This document shows positions 38,743-48,990 of a stretch of 64,000 bases of DNA, in pieces. Location: NCBI GenBank assembly GCA_030603385.1, contig JAUVXW010000003.1:96001-160000 (forward strand), written 5' to 3'. The position numbers were made by a program, and so were the translations under genes. The notes beneath the pieces are model-generated. The model ran no database searches. It was not told where the DNA came from and worked only from the letters and a program-made list of their open reading frames with translations. Origin of the DNA: Promethearchaeota archaeon (GTDB lineage Archaea > Asgardarchaeota > Lokiarchaeia > Sigyniarchaeales > SOKP01). Position 1 is the first letter of the stretch; each line of letters opens with the position of its first letter.

Positions 38743-38851
38743 TTTTAACCATTTTTTAATTTTTATTTTTTTTAATTATTTTTTATTTCTGATAATATAT
38801 TAATCATTACGATTGTATGTTTTTCATTATTAGTCTTTTTATTCATTCATT

Positions 38852-39736
38852 CTAAATAAAACCACTTAATTTCAAACCTTCTATTAACCATTTTATATTC
38901 ATTTCTAAATCATCTAATAATCCATATTCTACCATTTTAGAATTAGGAATAAAAGTCTTAAAATATTTAAGAGCAATTTCTCTGCTGGAGAGATTCTTAT
39001 TGTACCATTGAATTATTGCATTTTTTGTTTTAAAGTGAAATTCTTCCATCTCATCAAGAATTGTTTCAAAATCTGCATCTGTCCATACTCCGAAATGAGC
39101 CAAAGTAATAGAATTTAACTTACCTTTCATATCTCTAAGTTTTTGAAAGGTTTTAAGTAATTCTGATTCATTGAACTCAGGAGGCATAAAAGTTGGTTGA
39201 ACATACGTATATCCTGATTTATTCATAATTGCATCCCCAGTAAAAATATTTCTGTTTTTCTCATCGAAAAGTGCAATGGAATCCATTGTATGACCAAAGA
39301 AATTAAATACTTCTAATTTCAGACCATTTAGATCGATTATATCACCTTCTTTTAACGGAGTTACTTCCTCTATAGGTTCCACAATAGCTTCAAATACATC
39401 ATTCATGGCAGCGGGTTCCTTTAAGTTATCTATTGCATTTTCAGAAGCTAATACTTCAATATCAACCTCCGGCATTAATGCTTTTAACTCATTCACTCCA
39501 GCCGTATGGTCCCAATGTGCATGAGTAAGTAAAATCTTATGGATAGGGTAAATTTGGTACATTTTTAACTTTTTAATAATTCCTTTTGCCTGATCTGCTG
39601 TTGATGTATCAATTAGCATTCTAGTTCCTTCATTTTCAACTACATAAAGGGCTAAACTTCTTGACGCCCCAAATAAAAAACCATCAATTAAAAAACTGTT
39701 ATCATTAAATTTCCCTTCTTTATGGATAAAAACCAA
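38852..39736 (-). CDS. Metallo-beta-lactamase-fold hydrolase
   Basis: THAHWDH, GHT, FTGD, AHFG; probable TTG start at 39736 behind gagtga (ORF track starts at 39760). Confidence 0.88.
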   Translation of the reverse strand: MVFIHKEGKFNDNSFLIDGFLFGASRSLALYVVENEGTRMLIDTSTADQAKGIIKKLKMYQIYPIHKILLTHAHWDHTAGVNELKALMPEVDIEVLASENAIDNLKEPAAMNDVFEAIVEPIEEVTPLKEGDIIDLNGLKLEVFNFFGHTMDSIALFDEKNRNIFTGDAIMNKSGYTYVQPTFMPPEFNESELLKTFQKLRDMKGKLNSITLAHFGVWTDADFETILDEMEEFHFKTKNAIIQWYNKNLSSREIALKYFKTFIPNSKMVEYGLLDDLEMNIKWLIEGLKLSGFI

Positions 39737-39825
39737 TTTGATCACTCTTTTAATATACACTTAAGATTCTAAGAATTTAATAAACATGCAAATAAAATAT
39801 AAAAAAAAATGAAGTATGTCTTTTA

Positions 39826-40764
39826 TTATTTCATTAACTCATCTTGAGAAACGGCACCTTCTCGTTTAGAAGGTAAGTCTTTCATTAATTCTGGAAATCT
39901 TTCCGCTAACTTTTGAGGAGTAAATGGTTGCCAATCATTTGATATTTTCTTTACAGCCCTCCATCCTCTGTATACCCAGACTTTATCAGCGATCGCTCTA
40001 AAGACCTCTCCATTGATACCTTTAGCCTCATCTGTAGCGAGATAGGCTACCAATGGTGCGAAATGTGAAGGATGAAAGATATCAAAACCATCCGGAGTTT
40101 TTGCTTTCATATAATCTCCCATTCTTGGAGTTAAATCAGTTGTCATACGTGTCCTAGCACTTGGTACAACACAGTTTACGGTTGCGTATTTAGCAACCTC
40201 TCGAGAAATTATTACTGTGAAAGTAGCTATACCAGATTTAGCGGCACCATAATTTGATTGACCTACATTACCATATAGACCAGAATCAGAAGCAGTATTG
40301 ATTATTCTGCCAAAATTTCCTAAAGACTCATCCGCTTTTCCTTTTTCCCTGAAATAAGCAGCAGCGTGTCTAGTCAAATTAAATGTCCCCTTCATATGAA
40401 CAGCAATAACAAGATCAAACTCTTCTTCTGACATATTAAATATCATTCTATCTCGCAAAATACCTGCATTATTCACAACGATATCGATTTTACCAAATTC
40501 AGAAATTGCTTGGTCGATCATTCCTTTTGTCTTGTTAAAATCAACTACAGAGTCATAATTTGCTATTGCTTTGACTCCAAGGTTTTTACACTCTTCAACA
40601 ACGCTATCCGCGATTTTAACATCTTTATCCAAATGAGTAGCCCCACCACCTATATCATTAATAACTAAATTACAACCTTCTTTTGCCATAATTAAGGCTT
40701 CTTCGCGACCTACACCACGACCCGCCCCAGTAATTAAGGCAACTTTTCCGTCTAACATTCCCAT
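39826..40764 (-). CDS. SDR resembling the (3R)-hydroxyacyl-CoA dehydrogenase domain of MFE-2/HSD17B4
   Basis: TGAGRGVG, VINDIGG, ANYDSV, NNAGILRDR, GLYGNVGQSNYGAAK, ARTRMT. Confidence 0.88.
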   Translation of the reverse strand: MGMLDGKVALITGAGRGVGREEALIMAKEGCNLVINDIGGGATHLDKDVKIADSVVEECKNLGVKAIANYDSVVDFNKTKGMIDQAISEFGKIDIVVNNAGILRDRMIFNMSEEEFDLVIAVHMKGTFNLTRHAAAYFREKGKADESLGNFGRIINTASDSGLYGNVGQSNYGAAKSGIATFTVIISREVAKYATVNCVVPSARTRMTTDLTPRMGDYMKAKTPDGFDIFHPSHFAPLVAYLATDEAKGINGEVFRAIADKVWVYRGWRAVKKISNDWQPFTPQKLAERFPELMKDLPSKREGAVSQDELMK

Positions 40765-40845
40765 ATTTTATCACTTAAAGTTTGTGTAAATTATTTTAGG
40801 GGAAGAAATTTTCCTTAAACTTTAAATCTTTCATATTATTAAGAT

Positions 40846-41646
40846 CTAAATTCCAGCATTAATAGTAAAACCACCATCAACAACTATTTTTGCACCTGAA
40901 ATATAACTTCCTGCTTTTGATGCCAAAAAGACAATTGTTCCCTTAATGTCATCTCCTTTGCCGAATCGCTTCATTGGTATTAGGTTCAATAAAGGTATTC
41001 CAATCATTTTGTACATTGGTCCATTTTTATCTTGAAGAAATTCCATCATACCCTCTTCCATATTACCTGGAAGAATAGCATTTACCCTAATATTATGTTT
41101 ACCCCATTCTACTGCTAAAGATCTCGAAAGACCTATAACTCCTATTTTAGAGGTAGCATAAGCAGTCATCCCACTTGAAAACCCTACTTGTCCATTTTCA
41201 CTTGAAAAATTGATAATACATCCGTTTTTTTGTCTAATCATCATTTTTCCTATTTCGCGGCAACATAGAAAGGTTCCTGTTATATTTGTACTGATGATAC
41301 TATTCCATCGTTCCAAACTATATGTTTTGGATTGTGCCATATCTGATATTCCAGCATTATTCACTAATATATCGCATTTTCCGTAGTGGTCTTTCATAAT
41401 ATTTGCCATTTGCTTTACATCATCTTCCTTTGTTATATCACATTTTATTGAAATGCTATTACTGCCAATTTTTTTCAACTTTTCAACTGCATCCTCTAAT
41501 TTTCCATGAATATCTCTGCCACAAATCGCAACATCTGCTCCCGCTTCAGCTAATCCTTCAGCTGAAAAGAATCCTAATCCTCTACCTCCACCAGTGACAA
41601 GAGCAATTTGATTATCTAATTTAAACAAATCTTTTATATGCGTCAT
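40846..41646 (-). CDS. Classical SDR oxidoreductase (gluconate 5-dehydrogenase/FabG-like)
   Basis: TGGGRGLG, NNAGI, YATSK, IRVNAILPG, VDGG. Confidence 0.9.
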   Translation of the reverse strand: MTHIKDLFKLDNQIALVTGGGRGLGFFSAEGLAEAGADVAICGRDIHGKLEDAVEKLKKIGSNSISIKCDITKEDDVKQMANIMKDHYGKCDILVNNAGISDMAQSKTYSLERWNSIISTNITGTFLCCREIGKMMIRQKNGCIINFSSENGQVGFSSGMTAYATSKIGVIGLSRSLAVEWGKHNIRVNAILPGNMEEGMMEFLQDKNGPMYKMIGIPLLNLIPMKRFGKGDDIKGTIVFLASKAGSYISGAKIVVDGGFTINAGI

Positions 41647-41745
41647 AAAATCACTTTGAGTATTGATTTTATTAAAAAATAGTATATAATAGTAAAAAAA
41701 AAGAATGTGTTTATTCTTATTAAACTAGAAATAAATAAAAAACAG

Positions 41746-43023
41746 TTAGGCGTCAAGATTTTCAATTATTGTTGCTACTCCCTGTCCGCCTCCAACACAG
41801 GCGTTGGCTATACCGTACTTAGCTTTCTTATCTTTCAAAATCCTTGCTAAGGTTCCTGTAAGTCGAATCATAGTTGACCCTAAAGGATGCCCAATAGCAG
41901 TAGAACCTCCCATAACATTGACTTTTTCCCAGGGAAGGTTGAATTTGTCCATGCAATTCAATGCAACAATACAAAATGCTTCATTTATTTCCCAATAATC
42001 AATATCTTCCGCTTTCATGCCAGCGATATCTAAAGCTCGTTTGGTAGCAGGAACTGGCCCTCTACCCATTGTTGAGGGATGTACTGCTGCCCAACCAATA
42101 GATATAATTCTCGCCATAGGATCAAGACCTCTCTTCTTTGCTTCTTCAGCTTCCATACAAACGGCGGTTGTAGCACCAGCATTTAGTGGTGAGGAATTTC
42201 CTACAGTGATTACACCTTGGTCTGTCCCTTCTCTCTTTACATAACCATCTTTACCGCCATTTTTTTCTAAATAAAATGGGCGAGATAATCTTGGTAATTT
42301 GGCATGACTTTCCATACTCGATGGTCTTACGTTCATATCTCTATCTACCATTAATGGAGTGCCAACATCTCCTTCTACGTGTCCTTCAATTGGTATGATT
42401 TCACCTTTAAACCACCCTTCTTCATGACTTTTAACAGCTAAATTATGAGCTCGTACTCCAAACTTATCTAAGTCTTCTTTAGTAAATATAGGTACTTCTT
42501 GTTCATATAATTTTTGAGCTGTTTGAAGCATGTTAAACGATGTCTGCATTTCTAAATCAGGACGAAAATATTTACTGTTTTTATCTATCAATTTTAAATT
42601 AGGTTCAGTACCTCTACCTCTAACTCGAGTCATATGTTCAAAGCCACTTGCCAATACACATTTAGCGTTTCCAGTCATAATTTCCATAATTCCAATATGC
42701 ATTCCTGAACCTGCTGAACCACATTGTCTGTCAATCGAAAATCCTGGAACACTTTCAGGAAAACCTGCTAAAAAAAGGGGAATTCTCCCTCCATATGACC
42801 AGTTTTCCAAAGTCCCATTTGCAACTCCAAGAGAGGCTTCTTCAATATCTTTTCTTTCTACGCCTTTATCAGCTAATTTCTCATCAAAGAATTTTATCAA
42901 CAATTCAGCAACCAATTCGTCTCCTCTAATTTCACCAAAAACATCTCTTTCAGGTTGTTTTGGTCTAGAGCGCGAAAATGCAGTTCGAGCATAATCAATC
43001 AACCAAACTTCTTTTAAATCCAA
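41746..43023 (-). CDS. Thiolase (acetyl-CoA C-acyltransferase), catalytic residues intact
   Basis: DRQCGSA, NEAF, GHPLGST, ACVGGGQG; TTG start. Confidence 0.95.
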   Translation of the reverse strand: MDLKEVWLIDYARTAFSRSRPKQPERDVFGEIRGDELVAELLIKFFDEKLADKGVERKDIEEASLGVANGTLENWSYGGRIPLFLAGFPESVPGFSIDRQCGSAGSGMHIGIMEIMTGNAKCVLASGFEHMTRVRGRGTEPNLKLIDKNSKYFRPDLEMQTSFNMLQTAQKLYEQEVPIFTKEDLDKFGVRAHNLAVKSHEEGWFKGEIIPIEGHVEGDVGTPLMVDRDMNVRPSSMESHAKLPRLSRPFYLEKNGGKDGYVKREGTDQGVITVGNSSPLNAGATTAVCMEAEEAKKRGLDPMARIISIGWAAVHPSTMGRGPVPATKRALDIAGMKAEDIDYWEINEAFCIVALNCMDKFNLPWEKVNVMGGSTAIGHPLGSTMIRLTGTLARILKDKKAKYGIANACVGGGQGVATIIENLDA

Positions 43024-43269
43024 TATTTTTACACTTTTTTGTAGTTTATTTTATTTTGAAATGAAATTGTAAATTAACAATAAAAATTAAAGATATCATA
43101 TTAACAATTTTAATTTAAAATTTTAATTTAGTATACTTTAGAAGATGCCTAAAAAAAGTATATTTGTAGGGTACTATAACCTTATAGCTATGACACTTAA
43201 CACCCTTGGTGTTCAATTAGAAGGTATGAATAAATCCGAAAAAAATCTAGTAGAATAGAATAATTTTAA

Positions 43270-44544
43270 TTATAGCCATAACACAAATACTAATCCAACT
43301 AGGGGAATTAATGCCGCATAGGGTAAAACCAGTGTAGGTGAAAAAATAACCCATAAAAATGCGAATACTAAGTAAGAAATTATTTTGGCAACCTGAAGAT
43401 CTGTAATCCAAATACCCATATAGAAAGCTCTGTCCAAAGGTGCCCGATTTACTATATATTTCACTGCTCCAGTATAAATACATCCCCACGCAAAACCAAG
43501 ACATATCTGACCCATTATGAAAAAGATAATATTACCTGTAGCTGAACCTCCTGCATAGCAGAACAAAGTTAAAGCTGATAAGATAAATCCAACAGCAAGC
43601 ATTATTTTTTCTGAAATTTTAGGGTTATCAATAATTCTTCCACTAAGAACCATTGCTAGTATTTGTAAAATTGGGTTGAGAGCAATAATAAAACCTGCTA
43701 ACCCTATAGATATCCCCGCGTCTGTTAATATAAGGCTTATTATTTGGAGGAATGCTATTAGACCAAATTGACGGAAAAAGACACTGATAAAGAGAATAGA
43801 TTTTACTTTTGCTCTTTTTCTTTTGGTTTCTGATTTTCCTTTTACTGACTCTTGGACTATTAGTTCTTCCTTAGTTCGTTCAATATCACTTTCTTTTTCT
43901 ATAATTTCTCCTTTCTTTATATCTTGTACTGGAATAGCAAAGATTAATGATATTGTGGTTGTAATTATCAAGAAAAGAACTAGTGATCCTATTCCAAATA
44001 TAGTAATGACAAAACTTGATCCTAGGACCCCAATGGCCCAACCAGTGCTTTTAACTGCGCTAAGGAGTGATAGCTGGGTTCCACTAACCTCAGTTGTTCC
44101 CAAATTTGCTCTTATTTCCTTCTTTTTATTTGATTTTTCCACAATATCAGCAAATAAAGCATCTGATGCAGGCATTCTCATTCCTAATAAAGAACCCCTA
44201 ATAAAATTTAGAATACAATGATAGATGATATTATTATTTAGATTTAACAGCATAAATACGATAATTTGAGAGAAGAGGGCTACAATAAAAAATAATTTTC
44301 TACGACCTGTTCTATCACTTATTCTTCCAAAAAACCATGAAAAGACTGCCATCCCGACTCCCATCCACATCAGTGTAAATATTATTTCCCCATCAGAGAA
44401 TCCTTTTGAATATAAAAATACTGGTAAAAATGCAAAATACGCGTACCCCGCTATTCCTGCAAAAAATACCGCAGTAATAAGGAAGAATTTATTTACAGAG
44501 AGCCTTTGTTCATCGGATTTGTATTGTAGCTTCAGTGTTTTCAT
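43270..44544 (-). CDS. Major facilitator superfamily transporter
   Basis: About 12 TM helices in two halves, motif A GRISDRTGRRK, charged central loop. Confidence 0.9.
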   Translation of the reverse strand: MKTLKLQYKSDEQRLSVNKFFLITAVFFAGIAGYAYFAFLPVFLYSKGFSDGEIIFTLMWMGVGMAVFSWFFGRISDRTGRRKLFFIVALFSQIIVFMLLNLNNNIIYHCILNFIRGSLLGMRMPASDALFADIVEKSNKKKEIRANLGTTEVSGTQLSLLSAVKSTGWAIGVLGSSFVITIFGIGSLVLFLIITTTISLIFAIPVQDIKKGEIIEKESDIERTKEELIVQESVKGKSETKRKRAKVKSILFISVFFRQFGLIAFLQIISLILTDAGISIGLAGFIIALNPILQILAMVLSGRIIDNPKISEKIMLAVGFILSALTLFCYAGGSATGNIIFFIMGQICLGFAWGCIYTGAVKYIVNRAPLDRAFYMGIWITDLQVAKIISYLVFAFLWVIFSPTLVLPYAALIPLVGLVFVLWL

Positions 44545-44751
44545 AATATTTAAATTTTATATCGGTATCATAATCAGCTTTGGTTCATTAAATTAAATAA
44601 ATCAAAAAAAGGTTTTCAGATAAGTAAAAGTATAATATTTTGCACATAAAGGTCTATACCTAGAACGTTAAAAAAAAGAATTATTAAAAGAGAAATTTGA
44701 TTTTTATTATCATCAATATAGTTTTTTAGAACTAATGAGGAGATAAATGGA

Positions 44752-45897
44752 ATGAAAAAAAAAATTGAAATTCATGGCTTTTGTGATGACCAATTCGAAA
44801 ATGTAAAGGAAGTTTTCGCTGAAAACTTTAAACCCGATTTGGATGTAGGTGCTTCACTTGCACTAACAATTAATGGTAAATTTGTAATTGATATTTGGGC
44901 TGGCTATGCTGATGAGGCTCAAACTAAACCATGGGAAAAAGATACAATAGTTAATGTATATTCAACTACGAAAGTAATGACAGCCCTTTGCGTGCTCATG
45001 CTAGTTGATAGAGGTCTTCTTGATCTTGATGCCCCCGTAGCACAATTTTGGCCTGAATTTGCTCAAGCAGGTAAAGAAAATTTACCTGTACGTTATCTTC
45101 TTAGTCACACAGCAGGTATTCCTGGTTTCGATAAACGTATACAGGCTGAGACGCTCTACGATTGGGATGCAATAGTTAACATACTTGCTGCACAGAAATC
45201 CTGGTGGAAACCTGGAACTAAAAGTGGATATCATTCAATTACATTTGGGTATCTTCTAGGTGAATTGGTTAGGCGGATAACAGGTAAAACGCTTGGTACT
45301 TTTTTTAAAGAAGAGGTGGCAGAGCCCCTTAAAGCAGACTTTCATATAGGGCTATCTGCAGAACATGATTCCCGCGTTGGAGAATTAATTCCTCCTTCTC
45401 CAGCAGATCTTCAAAATGTGGGGGATATTGATCCAAATTCAATTCCGATAAAAGTTCTATTGAACCCTATTCTAACAGCTAGAGAAACTCTAACTCGTGA
45501 ATGGCGAGCAGCAGAAATCCCTGCTTCAAATGGTCATGGGAATGCTAGATCAGTGGCTCGAGTAGGAGCAGCATTAGCTTGTGGTGGAGAGATTGATGGA
45601 GTAAGGCTGTTGTCTTTAAAAACTATTGAGAAAGCTTTAGAAGAACAATCATATGGTACTGATTTAGTTCTTACTGTGCCCACGCGTTTTGGTTTAGGTT
45701 TTGGTCTTGTTAGTAAAGATATGCCAATAAGTCCAAATCCGCGTGCATTTTATTGGGGTGGATGGGGGGGATCACATGTTACTATGGATCTTGATGCTAA
45801 GTTAAGCTGGGCATATGTTATGAATAGAATGATGATGTCCCTAACTGGAGACCCTCGTACTATGAATATACGAGAAGCTATATATAAAGCTTTATAA
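44752..45897 (+). CDS. Serine hydrolase, beta-lactamase class C / family VIII esterase-like
   Basis: SxxK (STTK), LLSHTAG, PGT..GYH, WGGWGG; SD gaggaga. Confidence 0.9.
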   Translation: MKKKIEIHGFCDDQFENVKEVFAENFKPDLDVGASLALTINGKFVIDIWAGYADEAQTKPWEKDTIVNVYSTTKVMTALCVLMLVDRGLLDLDAPVAQFWPEFAQAGKENLPVRYLLSHTAGIPGFDKRIQAETLYDWDAIVNILAAQKSWWKPGTKSGYHSITFGYLLGELVRRITGKTLGTFFKEEVAEPLKADFHIGLSAEHDSRVGELIPPSPADLQNVGDIDPNSIPIKVLLNPILTARETLTREWRAAEIPASNGHGNARSVARVGAALACGGEIDGVRLLSLKTIEKALEEQSYGTDLVLTVPTRFGLGFGLVSKDMPISPNPRAFYWGGWGGSHVTMDLDAKLSWAYVMNRMMMSLTGDPRTMNIREAIYKAL

Positions 45898-45947
45898 TTT
45901 TAATCTTTATTATTTCAAAAAAGAAAATTAAAAAAAAGTAATAATTC

Positions 45948-46775
45948 TTATTTACCTTGAAATATTGGAGGTCTTTTTTGATTAAACGCCATGACCCCTT
46001 CAGTAGAATCCTTTGATAAAGCGTTGAGGGCATAACCCCAGTGTTCAAATTGTAATCCTACATTTAAAGGTACTTGAGTTCCATATTGAATGCATTTTTT
46101 TATGACGAATAGCGAATTTGTAGCAGCATTTCCCAACCATGAGGCTTTTTCATGTACAAAATCTTCAAACTTATCATCATCTACTAAGAAAGATATAAAT
46201 CCCCATTCATTCATCTGTTCTGCAGTGAAATGTTCACCAAAATACATCATTCTGTTTACTCCCATTTTTCCAAGTTGCCTAATCATGCGTTGTGTGCCCC
46301 CATTGCCAGGAAAAATCCCTCGCTTAATTTCGGGGAAACCGAATTGTGATCTTTTTGATGCTATAACAAGATCACATACTAAAACTAATTCTAATCCACC
46401 CCCCAAAGCATACCCATCAACTGCTGCTATTAAAGGTTTTGGAAATTCTTCAATTAAATCATAATACTTATGTCTTAGATACATTGCGTGACTTCGATGG
46501 CGTATATTACTCATATCAAGCGTAGGGCCTCCTCGAGCGGATAGGTCAGCACCCGCAGAGAACGCAGGTCTTTTAGTATATTCTTTAACTCCTCGTAAAA
46601 CTACACAGCGGACATTCTGATCGACCTCTACGGTTTCTAACGCTTCTGCAATCTCTTTGAGTGTTTGATTTTGAAGGGCATTTAATTTATTAGGACGTAT
46701 TATTGATACAACTGCATAATTGCCTTCTTCTACTTTTTCAATTTTTACATGTTCAAACTTTTTTGGTTCAGACAT
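45948..46775 (-). CDS. Enoyl-CoA hydratase (crotonase)
   Basis: AFSAGAD, GGGLEL and FPE (both catalytic Glu), PGNGGTQR. Confidence 0.92.
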   Translation of the reverse strand: MSEPKKFEHVKIEKVEEGNYAVVSIIRPNKLNALQNQTLKEIAEALETVEVDQNVRCVVLRGVKEYTKRPAFSAGADLSARGGPTLDMSNIRHRSHAMYLRHKYYDLIEEFPKPLIAAVDGYALGGGLELVLVCDLVIASKRSQFGFPEIKRGIFPGNGGTQRMIRQLGKMGVNRMMYFGEHFTAEQMNEWGFISFLVDDDKFEDFVHEKASWLGNAATNSLFVIKKCIQYGTQVPLNVGLQFEHWGYALNALSKDSTEGVMAFNQKRPPIFQGK

Positions 46776-46911
46776 ATTATCTAACCTTTTTTTTAATGTG
46801 TATAGTATAATAATTAAAGGATTAATTATGAAAAAGAATTTCTATTAGTAGAAAATGGGTCATAAAAAAAAATATAAAAAAATTAGATTGTTGTATTAAA
46901 ACTTAAACTAA

Positions 46912-48420
46912 TTACAAAATATCTTCCCAGGCCATCCTCTCATTTCCATAAGGATCTTGTTCTATAGTAATCTCTTTGTCAAAAATTATCGTAGCTCGTT
47001 TTTCTATTTCATATGGAGGTAATTTAGGCATGTTCTCATGATTCGGATTTCCGGTTTGAGCAAATGAAATCCAAGCATCCATCATTTTTTCTGATAACCT
47101 TTGCGTTTCTTCAGTTCTACATGGAAAAATTCCAATATCTTTATCCCCTAGAAGACCGAATACAAATGGAAGCTCAAGAGCATGCATTGCCCCAAATTTT
47201 CCCCCTTGGATTGGGCTTTTCCAGATAAACAAATACATAAAAGTATTGGGTTGATGTTTACTTTGAACTTCTGCTAGACGAACAGAAGGGATGCGAAACA
47301 TATAATCAGTTAAAATAGCATCCAATATATCTCTTGGAGTTTTTCTTAATTGCCTATAAATATTTATTATCTCTTTAGATTTGCCTTCTTCTTGTCTTGC
47401 GATTTTCATAATAGTTTTTACATTCTTCTCTAATCTCTCTTCAGTAAGATCAAAAGCTTTAGGTGTCCACATTAACCATAATTTGTTTTCGTCTAAGTTT
47501 GATCCTATAAATAAGTCAATATCCTTAGCAAAACCATTCCTAACTGCTTCAAGGGGGTGTTCTGGTAATGTTTTCTCATCAACAACAGGTCCTACTCTTA
47601 ATACACCTTCTTGTAACCTCAAAGTATTTTCCTGAGGTACAATAAACTTTTCAGCAGGAAGTTTCCGCAATGCCTCGATATCTCCTTTTTCTATTCCTAA
47701 TTTCTGAATCAATTCTTCATAAACTCTTATTCCTACTATTGGATTGAAACTTAACTTATGAGCTGATCCAGAATGAGGAATTGCTCGATGGAATAATCGT
47801 TTAGCGGCAGGCATGGCAAGCAAACTTGCCACAGCAAAACCACCTGCGGATTCACCGAATATTGTTACATTGTCTGGATCACCCCCATACTTAGAGATAT
47901 TATTTTTGACCCATTTAAGCGCTGCAACCATATCAAGTAAACCCGCATTCGCAGTTGCATCCTTCTCATCAGGCATGTAAAGAAAACCCAAATACCCTAG
48001 ACGATAATTGATACTTACCACCACCACATCTCCCCTTAGTGCTAGTCGTGCTCCATCTAAAGCTGCACCATTTCCTGTTATGAATCCTCCTCCATGTATC
48101 CAAAACATAACGGGCCTCTTACCATTATCTAATCCAGTGGTCCATATATTTAAAGTTAAACAATCGGCTTCACTCTGTGGCATTGGTTCTCCAAATTGTG
48201 CTTCGAGAGCTGAAGGTGGCTGAATTGAAATAGGGCTATATTTTGTTGCATCAAACACACCACTCCAAGGCTCAACTGGAGCTGGAGGTTTGAAGCGGAG
48301 ATTTCCTATAGGTGGTGCAGCATAAGGGATACCCTTAAATTTTATAATACCTCTTCTGCTGTATCCACGTACTTTACCATGAGTAGTCTCTACAATAACA
48401 TTATTTTCCATTATAATCAC
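46912..48420 (-). CDS. Type B carboxylesterase/lipase (PnbA-like)
   Basis: FKGIPYAAPP, DCLTLNIW, WIHGGG, GESAG nucleophile elbow, AMHALE; start may be ATG 48411. Confidence 0.95.
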   Translation of the reverse strand: MIIMENNVIVETTHGKVRGYSRRGIIKFKGIPYAAPPIGNLRFKPPAPVEPWSGVFDATKYSPISIQPPSALEAQFGEPMPQSEADCLTLNIWTTGLDNGKRPVMFWIHGGGFITGNGAALDGARLALRGDVVVVSINYRLGYLGFLYMPDEKDATANAGLLDMVAALKWVKNNISKYGGDPDNVTIFGESAGGFAVASLLAMPAAKRLFHRAIPHSGSAHKLSFNPIVGIRVYEELIQKLGIEKGDIEALRKLPAEKFIVPQENTLRLQEGVLRVGPVVDEKTLPEHPLEAVRNGFAKDIDLFIGSNLDENKLWLMWTPKAFDLTEERLEKNVKTIMKIARQEEGKSKEIINIYRQLRKTPRDILDAILTDYMFRIPSVRLAEVQSKHQPNTFMYLFIWKSPIQGGKFGAMHALELPFVFGLLGDKDIGIFPCRTEETQRLSEKMMDAWISFAQTGNPNHENMPKLPPYEIEKRATIIFDKEITIEQDPYGNERMAWEDIL

Positions 48421-48432
48421 TTATTTTTTGTT

Positions 48433-48990
48433 TTACAATTTTGATTTATAAATTACCGAAGGTTTTATTTTTTTATTATTTTGAAATCCTATGGCTTGAG
48501 TATTAGATCCATATTTTTTTCTCAATTGTTCCATCGTACCTACATCTAAAGCATACATTGGACAAGCCTCTACGCATATTGTTTGTTGACCTTTTTCCAA
48601 TCTCTCTACACATAGATCACATTTTCTCATTTTAGCATTAATAGTTGAATTAAATTGCGGCACATCCCATGGACAAACTTTTAAACATTTAGCTCCACAT
48701 TCTTCTTTACCTAGGCACAGTTCTTGATCCACTACAATAATTCCATCAAATTCTCTTTTTATAATTGCATTTGTAGGACATGCTTTTACACATGGAGGAT
48801 CAGCACAGTGATTGCATGCTAATGCGAGGTAAGAAAGAGATAAATTAGGAAACTTCCCCTTTTCAATTACTATTATACGCATCCAATTTTCAGGTCCCGC
48901 ATCAATATCATTCCAGTCTTTACAGGCAACTGAGCATGTATAACAACCTGTACATCTTGTTTGATCAAAGTAAAATCCCATTTGTTTCAT
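48433..48990 (-). CDS. 4Fe-4S electron-transfer subunit (DmsB-like)
   Basis: MKQMGFYFDQTRCTGCYTCSVACKD, CNHCADPPCVKACP, KCDLC..CVEACP. Confidence 0.93.
   Translation of the reverse strand: MKQMGFYFDQTRCTGCYTCSVACKDWNDIDAGPENWMRIIVIEKGKFPNLSLSYLALACNHCADPPCVKACPTNAIIKREFDGIIVVDQELCLGKEECGAKCLKVCPWDVPQFNSTINAKMRKCDLCVERLEKGQQTICVEACPMYALDVGTMEQLRKKYGSNTQAIGFQNNKKIKPSVIYKSKL

Noticed and set aside
44752-45897. Antibiotic-resistance beta-lactamase
   Set aside because: No signal peptide; LLSHTAG and WGG motifs and the context fit family VIII esterases
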